Below are positions 43,274 to 52,170 of a stretch of 56,266 nucleotides of DNA, piece after piece; position 1 is the first letter of the stretch; the number at the start of each line of letters is the position of its first letter. The notes below the pieces were generated by a model, which saw only the letters and a program-made list of their open reading frames with translations, did not search any database and was not told where the DNA came from. Location: positions 1-56,266 of IMG/VR virus record IMGVR_UViG_3300046170_000364. One strand, written 5' to 3'. A program made the position numbers and the translations under genes. The DNA is from a virus. Its lineage: Duplodnaviria; Caudoviricetes.

Positions 43274-44263
43274 TCAGAAGCATCGCTCAATCACTGTGGG
43301 TGACAACGCTCTAGCGACTTTTCCCGCTTTTGATCCGTTTTGAGGGTCATGCTGTGCAGTAACAACTGCCAGCGGAAGAGCTGCCTTGACGGATGACATT
43401 ACTTTTTCAAACCTTCCAGGCTTGTCTGCCTTGATCCATTTGAGAAAAGTGCCTCCTTCTGGCCTTGCTCTCTCAAGCTGATTCCAGAGACTATTACCTG
43501 CGTCGGAATACTGCGCGGGGGTAAAATGATTCAAGTCAAGATCTGCTGCTAAAAGTTTTACATAGCAAGAGAAGGCTGCCTTAAAGTCTTTAGCGTTCCC
43601 TGCGTGCAAGATTGAATCTTGAATGCTTTCGCAGCTAAATAGTTCAACTCCACTCGTAGAACCAACCCTTTCACGAATCTCTGCGCGAGAAAAATCCCTA
43701 GAGCCAGTATTGGCTGAAATAATTCGAGCCTGTACCTCTTGTTGAAGAGAGCAATTAATAACCGAGCAACGTACCTTTACGCTTTGATAACCATTAAAGC
43801 CAGCTGCTTTTAACATTATTTGCAACGCTAATGTGCGGTGACGGCCTGACGTAATGATTGGGCCAATAACTGATCCTGCTTGTAAGTCGTGAATGTAAGC
43901 GACTTCAATATCTTCCATCAGCCTTTTCTCTCTACCGCCTCCTGACTTGCGGATTAGCCCGTACCGCCCAAACAAGATGTCATTAACCGCTGAAGGGTCA
44001 ACGGCTTGAGCTGTTACTTCGTGCTTTGAACTTTCAGCTAGTTCGGCGAAAGTAAAACAACGTAGAGCAGAACCACCGTCCGGTTTTTGAACTTGAAACT
44101 CGCTTTCTAAGCTTTGAGTCGAAGAAACAACTCTTTGGATGTTTTTCTTTAGCTCAGAGGAGCCTGCCTTTGAACTGTTTAAAGCCTCAGTGGCTTTTTT
44201 GATCACAGGAGCGAGAGACGGGATCAAGCAGGGGTCGTAGTTGGTTGAAGTGCTGGCGTTCAT
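43274..44263 (-). CDS. ParB/Srx(DGQHR)-like domain protein
   Basis: PIITSGRHRTLAL followed by ARIISANTGSRDFSRAE, resembling the ParB N-terminal GxxR motif and downstream N..R..S helix. Confidence 0.5.
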   Translation of the reverse strand: MNASTSTNYDPCLIPSLAPVIKKATEALNSSKAGSSELKKNIQRVVSSTQSLESEFQVQKPDGGSALRCFTFAELAESSKHEVTAQAVDPSAVNDILFGRYGLIRKSGGGREKRLMEDIEVAYIHDLQAGSVIGPIITSGRHRTLALQIMLKAAGFNGYQSVKVRCSVINCSLQQEVQARIISANTGSRDFSRAEIRERVGSTSGVELFSCESIQDSILHAGNAKDFKAAFSCYVKLLAADLDLNHFTPAQYSDAGNSLWNQLERARPEGGTFLKWIKADKPGRFEKVMSSVKAALPLAVVTAQHDPQNGSKAGKVARALSPTVIERCF

Positions 44264-44333
44264 TTGAACTCAGTAAACGAAAGGACTGAGCTAAAATGGA
44301 AAGCGGATAGGCAAACCATTTAGCCATTGCATG

Positions 44334-44358
44334 ACCCCGATTGGCGTCGGGGTTTTTT
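44334..44358 (+). terminator. Terminator-like hairpin in the divergent intergenic region
   Basis: ACCCCGA-TTGGCG-TCGGGGT followed by TTTTT. Confidence 0.55.
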
Positions 44359-44524
44359 CATGCTGCAAGAACCATAACAGCAAAACGCCTGTGTTGTCGA
44401 ATTTGCGGTATATACCCGCCATCGGAGTGTGCGCACAAAGAATTATGACCCCAATGTTGTGTACACGTATATACACGCCAACCTCGCAGCTTTCGTGTAC
44501 TCTCAGTCCCTACAACAAAATTAG

Positions 44525-47193
44525 ATGCCTAACTCTGTTCTTATCGACTGGTCAATCACCGATGACTTCCTTGAAGCCATCGGTCGCAGCACCGGCCCCA
44601 TAGTTGTTGCTGTTTACCCCTCAGATCCGTCGCGGCCTTGCATCCACATCAAGGCGGACGCAGAGGACCTGCCGCGAAACAAAATCGAACGCATCCTCGC
44701 TCGTAACTCAGGCAGCAGTCTTGGCTTTGTAGTAAACCCACCCTCAGACCAGCCTGCCGTATGGGGCACCAAGCCAGAGCACATCAACCGGGCTGGTGAG
44801 ATTAAAGCTTGGGGCGCATCCAATGCCCACATCGAGCACGCAATCGCCTGCTTTGCAGAGTGCGACGGCAATCTCGACCGCGAAGCTCAAGCGGCACTGC
44901 CCGCAATGGCTGGCCTCCCGGAACCAACGGTCTCGGTCTGGACTGGTGGCAAATCCCTCCACCATTACTGGCTGTTCACCCCAGGCCAAGAGCCGGACAT
45001 CCAAGATTTCTCGGACTTGCAGCGCCGGATCGCCACGGCAATCGAGATTGTTGCGCCTGACTCCAAGCCAGACAAGGCGATCTCTAACGCATCTCGCGTC
45101 ATGCGCCTGCCCGGTGGTATCCACCCCAGTACTGGCGAACGCACGGTTATCGCCTCGACCAGAACTGAAACATTCACCCCAGACGAGATCGGTGCTGCTG
45201 CTCCAACGATTCTTCAACGTGGCACCCGCCCAGCAGAACCGTCTCATCACTGGTTTTCTAAACTCCCACCCGCAGAGCAGCGCACACTTGCTGTTGAAAT
45301 CCTCCGTGATTACATCCCACTCCGCACTGAAGCAGGCCAAGGCACCTATCCAACCTGCTTCGCCTGCCTCGCTGCTCTAACTCACCATTTCGGACAGTCA
45401 CTTGCACAGGACATCGTTCTGGAAGCTGACTGGCAATCACCCGGCACATGGGAGCCAGCCAAAAAGATCCTTTCAATCGGTGATGCACCAATCAGGGCGT
45501 CAATCAGCAGGCTGATCAACACCGCAATAGCAAACGGCTGGGAATTACCCCAAAATGTTGATACCGAAGAGCCAAACGAAGCACCAGAAGAACATCATGC
45601 AGTCATACCTTTTCAGTTTCTTGGTTATGAACATGGCAAGCATTACTACATGCCTAGAGCAAGTTCACAAGCAATTGAACTGACAATATCGTCACATACT
45701 AAACTGCACCTAATTTCGCTAACAAGCTCCTTAGAGTTCTGGCAGCGCAACTTCACAGTCAACGACAAGCTTGACTGGGATCTTGCTACCGAATGGCTAA
45801 TGCAAGAATCACACAAAAAAGGTGTATTTGATCCTGATCGTATTAGAGGCCGTGGTGCTTGGGTAGATGCTAATCGCGTTATCTTTCACCTTGGCATGAG
45901 AATGATAGTTGATAATCGCGAGCAAAAAGTATCAGACGGAATATCGAGTTACTACTTTTACGAACACGCCAAACCCCTTGATGGGCCTAGTGAAATCCCG
46001 TTAGAAGACGATGTTTCGGTTCAGCTTTTTAGACTTGCAAAGTCTTTCTCTTGGGAATCACCTTCCTATGCGTTCCTGCTTGCTGGCTGGGTTGCTCTTG
46101 CTCCTATCTGTGGCGCACTTGAGTGGCGCTCACATATCTGGGTCACCGGAGGTAAGGGCACGGGTAAGACAACAATCCTCAGTCGTTTCCTTAAGCCTTT
46201 GCTAGGCGGCATTTATCAATCAGCCACAGGTGGAACCACTGAACCTGGCCTTCGCGCTGCTCTCCGGTCTGATGCAATCCCTGTACTGTTCGATGAATTT
46301 GAGCAGAACGACTCCCGCGAAAAACAAAATCGCGACAACGTTCTAGCAATGGCAAGGATCGCATCATCGGAAGGCGGCAAAATCATTAAGGGCTCTGCTG
46401 GTGGTGGTGCCGCTAATCAATACGAAATCCGCTCCATGTTCTGTGTTTCATCAATCAATGCTTCCTTAGTGCAAGGCGCTGATCGTGATCGCTTCTGTGT
46501 CCTTACCTTGCAGAAGGGCGAGGGGGACTGGCTCCCGCTTGAGGCACAGATCGCCAAGCTCTGTACTCCCGAAACAGGTCGCAGCCTGGTGGCACGAACA
46601 CTGGCACGGGTGCCGACTATTAGGGCCAATGCGCGGAAGTTTGCAGCGGCCCTAGCTGATCGAGCACGGTCAGCGTTTTGGTGATCAACACGGCACCCTG
46701 CTCGGCAGGTGCATTCAGCCTGCTCCCAGGCAGTGATCGTGAGCTGTCTGATGTAGAGGCTGCTGAGTTTTGCGCTGGCATCGACTGGACATCACAGCGG
46801 CGCGATGAACGTGACGCTGATGAGGATCAATGCCTTGCGCGGATCCTTGAGTCAATGATCGCCGTGGAGGGCGGCAGAAGGTTCACGATCATGAATCTTG
46901 TCGAGAGTCTTTGCGGTCCCAAAATGGGAACTATTGAAGGTTCTGATGAAACTGCGGAAAAAGTTCTTGGCAGATATGGAATCAGACTTATGTCCGGTTC
47001 GATGATGATTGCTAATTCAAATACGAATTTAGAACGGCTTTTGAATGAGACAGCATGGTCTGGAGGGGCTCACAAGCAAGCACTGAAGCGGGTTTTCGGG
47101 GCTTCAGGCTCCACAGGAATGGTGAGATTCTGCGGAAGTAAGTCATCTAGGGCTACAGTGATTCCACTGACGGCAATTATCGACACGGATTAG
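44525..47193 (+). CDS. Primase-helicase (RepB-like primase + P-loop helicase), frameshift near 46660-46680
   Basis: FAECD, WTGGKSLHHYW, SRVMRLPGGIH; Walker A GGKGTGKT; Walker B VLFDEFE. Confidence 0.88.
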
Positions 47194-47200
47194 CCCAAAC

Positions 47201-47475
47201 CCCAGTCATACCAACCTGTATCACTTTAGCGATACATCGATACACGACCGATACGCCGACATCCACTGCGGCGCAAGGGTTGTATCGATGTATCGCTTTT
47301 TTGTGCCCACGAGTAAGTATGTGTGTGTAAGTAAGAGAGAGTAATATATATAATATATATTTATTGATACATTTATTATTATTGATACATCCCAGTCATA
47401 CCAGGGGGTTTGCCCGTATCACCCCCCGATACGTTTGTATACGTTCACTGCGGCGCAAGGGATCTCGGCGATACG
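47201..47475. other. Putative replication origin
   Basis: Non-coding, directly after primase-helicase; AT-rich core (47341-47390); direct repeats CCCAGTCATACCA x2, CACTGCGGCGCAAGGG x2, TTATTGATACAT x2; 17-bp inverted repeat; many GATAC/GTATC. Confidence 0.7.
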
Positions 47476-47510
47476 GTGCCTAAAAAAAGCCTTCCAGCTA
47501 GCCTTATCTC

Positions 47511-48269
47511 ATGCCAATCACCTTCGACGCTGAAGAAATAACCGGCAAGCTGGATGCCATCAGGCTCACCCAGCTTCCATTCGCTGCATCAAGAGCAGCT
47601 AACCAACTCGGCTGGGAGCTAAAGAACTCGGCGTGGCCTGCTTTTGCTAGGAGGGCCTTCAATCTGCGCGAAGGCAGCCCCGTGCCATTTACGACTGGTG
47701 GGGGAGGAGTTGTTGGTGGGCTTCTTTACAAGCACAACACTGGCGAGGCGAAAGTCAAGATCAGCCTTGACCGTCCTGCGCCAAAGGGCCAAGATCCTGC
47801 CCGCTACCTATCCCCTGGGGAGACTGGCGGACAGATTTACAAGACACGCTTTTCCCGAGCCTTGAGCCTCAAGGGAATAATGCCATCACAGTTCCAATAC
47901 GCAGCGCCGCTGATACTAAGCAAGGGTTTTGAAGGGCAAGTGAGCAATAAGCGAATCAATGCGGGGTATTACAAAACCATTTTGACGAGGCTCGAAGGGG
48001 ACTCAGCAAGGGGAAGCCGGGGAAGCAAGTTCGCTGGCTACAGGTTTTTCTCTGTACCTGATGCAAGAAAATCAAGCACTTCCGGTCGAAACTTGAATCC
48101 AGGTATTTACAGAGCGCAAGGCCGTGGCGAGCTGCAACAGCTTTTTAGTTATCTGGACAAGATGCCATCGGTTTCGTCTCGGTGGTCCTTCGAGGAATTT
48201 GCAGAGCGTGAATCTTTGCCCATACTGGAGCGCATACTCCCCCAGTTCATTGAGGAAGCCTTGAAGTGA
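47511..48269 (+). CDS. Putative tail completion / morphogenesis protein (gpZ-like)
   Basis: QLPFAASRAANQL..AF...PVPFT N-terminal motif; basic protein; PGIY. Confidence 0.5.
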   Translation: MPITFDAEEITGKLDAIRLTQLPFAASRAANQLGWELKNSAWPAFARRAFNLREGSPVPFTTGGGGVVGGLLYKHNTGEAKVKISLDRPAPKGQDPARYLSPGETGGQIYKTRFSRALSLKGIMPSQFQYAAPLILSKGFEGQVSNKRINAGYYKTILTRLEGDSARGSRGSKFAGYRFFSVPDARKSSTSGRNLNPGIYRAQGRGELQQLFSYLDKMPSVSSRWSFEEFAERESLPILERILPQFIEEALK

Positions 48270-48448
48270 TCGAGCCGTGCCAGCAGAGCGAGTTTTTTAT
48301 GGAGCGGCTCAGGAGGCAGTCACAGGGGATGAGCCGCGAAGAGCTGCTGGTCGTGGTCGATACTTTGAGCCGCTTGTACTGCACCACAAAGAGTGGAGCT
48401 AACTGGTTAGCCAAAGAAGCCGCCAAGAATTTGTCAGCAGGTTGTTGA
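48266..48448 (+). CDS. Small hypothetical protein
   Basis: 60-aa coupled ORF. Confidence 0.55.
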   Translation: MIEPCQQSEFFMERLRRQSQGMSREELLVVVDTLSRLYCTTKSGANWLAKEAAKNLSAGC

Positions 48449-48472
48449 CACGCTGCGCTTAAGAGCTATATT
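48445..48472 (+). promoter_or_regulatory. Sigma70-type promoter for early genes
   Basis: TTGACA-16 nt-TATATT, 27 bp upstream of the ligase-like ATG. Confidence 0.55.
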
Positions 48473-48499
48473 GCCGTTGCAAACAAAAATGCGTTTTAG

Positions 48500-49251
48500 A
48501 TGCCTTCCATTGCTTCGCTAAGAAAACAGGTCAAACAAGCTGATGACGCCTACAGGTCTGGCAATGCGCTCATGAGTGACCAAGACTTTGACCAACTTGC
48601 CGCTGACCTCAGAGCGGTTGCGCCGTTCGCTCCTGAGCTAATGCTCCCCGGGGGCGGGTCTCATCTTTTGAGCCTAAACAATGGCGACAGAGAGGAGCTA
48701 GCCCACTGGCTCTCCATGAGCGGCGCACAGGAGCCTCTGTGCGTGTCGGAAAAGGTTGATGGGTGTGCAATTGCCATTCGCTACGTTTCAGGCCGCTTAG
48801 AGGCCGCCTGGACGCGATCTGGTGCTGACGCTACTGCTTTGGTTGCTCGTGTTGCTCCAAAAAAGCTCTCACAGCGTCTCTCCATTGAGGTTCGCGGCGA
48901 GTTGTACGACTCGGTGACTGGCAAGCAAAGCGTTCCTGCTCAAGCCTTTGCGTAAGGCCGAATCACACTGGCGACGGACTGGGCTTTATCGCCTACACCC
49001 TTGTTGATGCTGATGGCGATGAGTTCTTGACGCTTGAGCGTTTAGCGACTCTTGGATTCGACACCGTGTCAGCTGTTTGCTGTACTACTGTCGCTGACGT
49101 GATCGCTTGTCATCGCCAGTGGAAAGCTGGATGCTTTGGCCGCTCAGAGCTTCCTACTGACGGCATCGTCATCAGGATTGCTGACCACGCAGCGCAGCAA
49201 GCTCTGGGCTGTAACAGCAAGGCTCCCAATTATGCTTTCGCTATGAAGTGA
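48500..49251 (+). CDS. NAD-dependent DNA ligase adenylation domain only (indels near 48945-48965)
   Basis: Domain Ia (DDAYRSGNALMSDQDFD), LLSLNN, EKVDG, IEVRGEL, LGFIAY, PTDGIVI, PNYAFAMK*. Confidence 0.85.
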
Positions 49252-49508
49252 TGGGCTTGACTATGCACTGGTGCACCCGGTTCTGGGAGCGATTCGCTAT
49301 CGGGATACTTGTTAGATCCAGAAACATCTCTCTACTTGCCTTCAAGGACCGAGACCTGGATCAGGTGATCATGGCTGGCTCAAAAGACGATCCTGCCGCT
49401 ATGGCGTTCATACAGGCCAACACTCCTAGTGATGAGCGCTATGCGGACCCAGACAGTTTGATGCTGGAACGCTTATTTCATGCTCCCGATGGGGAGAAAC
49501 CAAACTAA
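49248..49508 (+). CDS. Hypothetical protein
   Basis: 86-aa coupled ORF. Confidence 0.55.
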   Translation: MMGLTMHWCTRFWERFAIGILVRSRNISLLAFKDRDLDQVIMAGSKDDPAAMAFIQANTPSDERYADPDSLMLERLFHAPDGEKPN

Positions 49509-49513
49509 AAAAC

Positions 49514-49714
49514 ATGCAAACAGTTCACCTCAAAAAGTCCCATGACTTCGCAATTTTCATCGAAAACCACGGAGGAAGCTGGTTTGAAATCTCAGGGCAA
49601 GGTCGCGTCGCCCTCACTCCCGGCAGGTACATCAGCGCCTCCGACGCTAAGGACAAAATTCAAAGTCTGCGCTCAATGGGTTACAAGCGACAGCAACTCG
49701 CCAGTGATTCGTGA
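49514..49714 (+). CDS. Hypothetical protein
   Basis: 66-aa ORF with A-rich leader. Confidence 0.55.
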   Translation: MQTVHLKKSHDFAIFIENHGGSWFEISGQGRVALTPGRYISASDAKDKIQSLRSMGYKRQQLASDS

Positions 49715-49818
49715 AATCGTTGGAACGATCAGCTGCATGGCTGTAATTACTTACGTTTCCGGCTACACGTTTGGAACTTGGTTTCACAAGACTAAAAAAC
49801 AACTAACAGCAAAAAGCA

Positions 49819-50349
49819 ATGACTCGATTAATCGGACTGTATAGCCATGCTCCCGGCTCTGGGAAGACCACTGTTGCGTGGATGTGCGGAGGTTACAAAA
49901 GGTTGTCTTTTGCTGATCCGCTGCGAAAGTTCTCGGCCCAAATTCTTTCGTCTATTGGGTACGACGGCGTTGCCTGCTTGAGGGACAATAAGGAGGACAA
50001 AATTGTTGAGCTTGGTGTCTCCCCTCGCCAGATGATGCAAACGCTGGGCACTGAGTGGGGCCGGTCTTGTATTCACCCTGACCTCTGGGTCATGGTCGCC
50101 TCATGGGCTGCGATTAAGCAGTTGAAGAGTGGGCGAAATGTTGTTTTTGATGATGTGCGCTTTCCGAACGAAGCGGAAATGATCCGCAGGCTGGGCGGTG
50201 AGCTATGGCTTGTGGACCGGCCTGGTGTCCATTACGACGGAGACCATTCGAGCGAAGGCGCTTTGGCGGATGTTTTACCTGATGCGGTGGTTCATAACAG
50301 CGGAACTTTTAGTCACCTCCGTGAAGTGGTTGCTGGATTGCTCGAATGA
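49819..50349 (+). CDS. Deoxynucleoside monophosphate kinase
   Basis: LIGLYSHAPGSGKTT, SFADPLR, PRQMMQTLGTEWGR, VVFDDVRFPNE, HSSE. Confidence 0.92.
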   Translation: MTRLIGLYSHAPGSGKTTVAWMCGGYKRLSFADPLRKFSAQILSSIGYDGVACLRDNKEDKIVELGVSPRQMMQTLGTEWGRSCIHPDLWVMVASWAAIKQLKSGRNVVFDDVRFPNEAEMIRRLGGELWLVDRPGVHYDGDHSSEGALADVLPDAVVHNSGTFSHLREVVAGLLE

Positions 50350-50450
50350 CACTCACTATCAATTTTCTTGTATCTGGCTTTTGCTTATGGCTTGCTTTGG
50401 TCGCATTATTCCTTTTCTAATTGTCACTTTTTTTGTTTCTATTGCTTTAC

Positions 50451-50666
50451 ATGAACATGCCCTTATTTTTCCTGCTAGCACTGGTCACGGGGCCACCTAT
50501 CCAGCGAGTCGGTGAGACCTGTCCGCTGGGGTACTGGCGAAGCGGTGGATACTGTGTGGTTTCGCCTGGGGCCGTTGAGGTTCGAGATACGCTGCCAAAC
50601 CCGACTTTTGATACCTGCCCCGTGGGTTGGTATCGGGCGAAGGGTTATTGCCTGAGGACTCGCTAG
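50451..50666 (+). CDS. Small secreted/membrane Cys-rich protein
   Basis: Hydrophobic N-terminus; two TCPxGY/W..GYC repeats. Confidence 0.6.
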   Translation: MNMPLFFLLALVTGPPIQRVGETCPLGYWRSGGYCVVSPGAVEVRDTLPNPTFDTCPVGWYRAKGYCLRTR

Positions 50667-50675
50667 AGTCAAGCC

Positions 50676-50843
50676 ATGACAGGATTCAAATCAGAAGCCG
50701 CTGCTGCAGCACATGAGCAGTACATGAGGAGTGTTCACCTCGACGTTTTGTACGAGTTAGACGGCAGGGATAAGCCTGATCACCCGTTCAGGGGTTGTTA
50801 CACGGGTTTGTGGGAAATGTACGGGGAAAAGCATGACAGTTGA
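50676..50843 (+). CDS. Small hypothetical protein (55 aa, not in ORF track)
   Basis: MTGFKSEAAA..LDVLYELDGRDKPDHPFRGCYTGLW. Confidence 0.6.
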   Translation: MTGFKSEAAAAAHEQYMRSVHLDVLYELDGRDKPDHPFRGCYTGLWEMYGEKHDS

Positions 50844-51048
50844 AATTGCTAACACTGAGGACGGGCTTGGCTTGATCGTTCGCGTATGCGAAGATTCGAT
50901 TTGCCTTACCGGTTTTTGTAGCAGTATGCACCTCGTTGAAAAGAAAGCCAATGAGCTGCGAGCTGCTATCCGAAAAAAAACTGCTAAGGCATTTGCCGAG
51001 ATCCAACAGCTAGAAGCTGAAGCGATGGGAGCACCTGCTCCGCAATGA
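50833..51048 (+). CDS. Hypothetical protein
   Basis: 71-aa ORF in a coupled run. Confidence 0.6.
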   Translation: MTVEIANTEDGLGLIVRVCEDSICLTGFCSSMHLVEKKANELRAAIRKKTAKAFAEIQQLEAEAMGAPAPQ

Positions 51049-51272
51049 GCGCACAGACCGAGCAGCAGCGTCTCGAAATGCCTGCTCATCCTCTGCCTGT
51101 ATTTGAGCGGAATCAAGACGTAAGAATTTTCATGGGTGCAGGCTGGGCTAAAGGCAAGGTCATTCGTTCCGATTTAGACGGCTGCACGGTTCGGCTTCCT
51201 CAACTCCAGAGGACCGTCCGCGTTCGCGATGCTCGTAACATCTCTTTTCTTCCATCAAAACAGGACTGCTAG
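51045..51272 (+). CDS. Hypothetical SH3-like protein
   Basis: VRIFMGAGWAKGKV..CTVRL..DARN. Confidence 0.6.
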   Translation: MSAQTEQQRLEMPAHPLPVFERNQDVRIFMGAGWAKGKVIRSDLDGCTVRLPQLQRTVRVRDARNISFLPSKQDC

Positions 51273-51298
51273 CCAAAATGCGTTTAATGGTGTATGAT
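51270..51298 (+). promoter_or_regulatory. Sigma70-type promoter candidate
   Basis: TAGCCA-17 nt-TATGAT upstream of the 51347 gene. Confidence 0.4.
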
Positions 51299-51346
51299 TG
51301 ATTTGTCGGCGGGTTTCGTCGGCGTTTTTCTTTTTTTTTTTAATCC

Positions 51347-51769
51347 ATGACTAAATTCATTCCCGTAAACGCAGCACTTAATGCTCTGTCAGCAGCTGGC
51401 CATGAGGTAAGCAAGAGAGGCCGATTAAACGGTGGTGTTGCGCAGCTAGGCAGTCCTTCGTATTTCATTGACGGAAATCCCTGCAGCTTAAGTGAAGTAC
51501 GCAGAATGGTCTCTGAGCTTGGGCTTGAGAAGGAAGTCAAAAAATCTCATCAAAAGCCAAAAAGAGAGATTGAGATAATTTCTGAAGCTGTTTCTCGAAA
51601 TGAATGGTGCAAGTCCAGAAACACTTGCATTTGTACTCATGGTGAAAGGCATTTTGATGGTCGAGTTTACTACAGAATCTTTCAAGACAGTAAAGACGGT
51701 TCCAGTAAATCTTATGCAATGACAATTCAAAGAATCAGGGACTGGGCTGAACGCAACAAGGTTATTTGA
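51347..51769 (+). CDS. Hypothetical protein
   Basis: 140-aa ORF. Confidence 0.6.
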   Translation: MTKFIPVNAALNALSAAGHEVSKRGRLNGGVAQLGSPSYFIDGNPCSLSEVRRMVSELGLEKEVKKSHQKPKREIEIISEAVSRNEWCKSRNTCICTHGERHFDGRVYYRIFQDSKDGSSKSYAMTIQRIRDWAERNKVI

Positions 51770-51879
51770 TAGGTGACCTGCAAGCCTCCGGTTTTTACCG
51801 TGGGACTTGCACACACCCGGTTTTTAGGGGGCATGGGACTTGCAAGGGGTCGGTTTTCTTTATGTTTTCACACACAAAT

Positions 51880-51906
51880 GCACACACAAATATGTGTGTG
51901 CTTTTT
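51880..51906 (+). terminator. Terminator-like hairpin
   Basis: GCACACACA-AATA-TGTGTGTGC followed by TTTTT. Confidence 0.6.
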
Positions 51907-52170
51907 AATGAATTGCCTGACCGAGAAAAATATTTCCTGAGCTATTCGCACAAGTCCAACAAAAAAATCGTTCTTGCGAACACTTCTTAATAGACAAATA
52001 AGGTCACTAAATATCATAATCCTAACTCGATGCGAGTTAGCATCAAATAGCGATACCTTGCTTTAGATTTAACAATCACTATTTTTAACATTGCTAAACG
52101 CATTGTTTAAGCAAACTCAAAAAGTAGGTGTTAGCGACTCTGTGAGTTTGTTGTTAATAGTGTTGTTTAG

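Noticed and set aside
699-49251. Numerous frameshifts in terL, portal, capsid, TMP, tail tip, fibres, helicase, primase and ligase as pseudogenes or recoding
   Set aside because: They hit essential genes at scattered positions, the ones I traced are small insertions often in short base runs, and motifs continue in the next frame; this fits long-read error. Only the sites at 10295 and 30517 have canonical slippery heptamers at a stop.
51305-51341. Strong terminator with a long T-tract
   Set aside because: The stem depends on G.U pairs, sits just after a candidate promoter, and homopolymer length is unreliable in this read
51766-51990. 74-aa ORF
   Set aside because: TTG start, runs through direct repeats and a terminator-like hairpin; more likely non-coding
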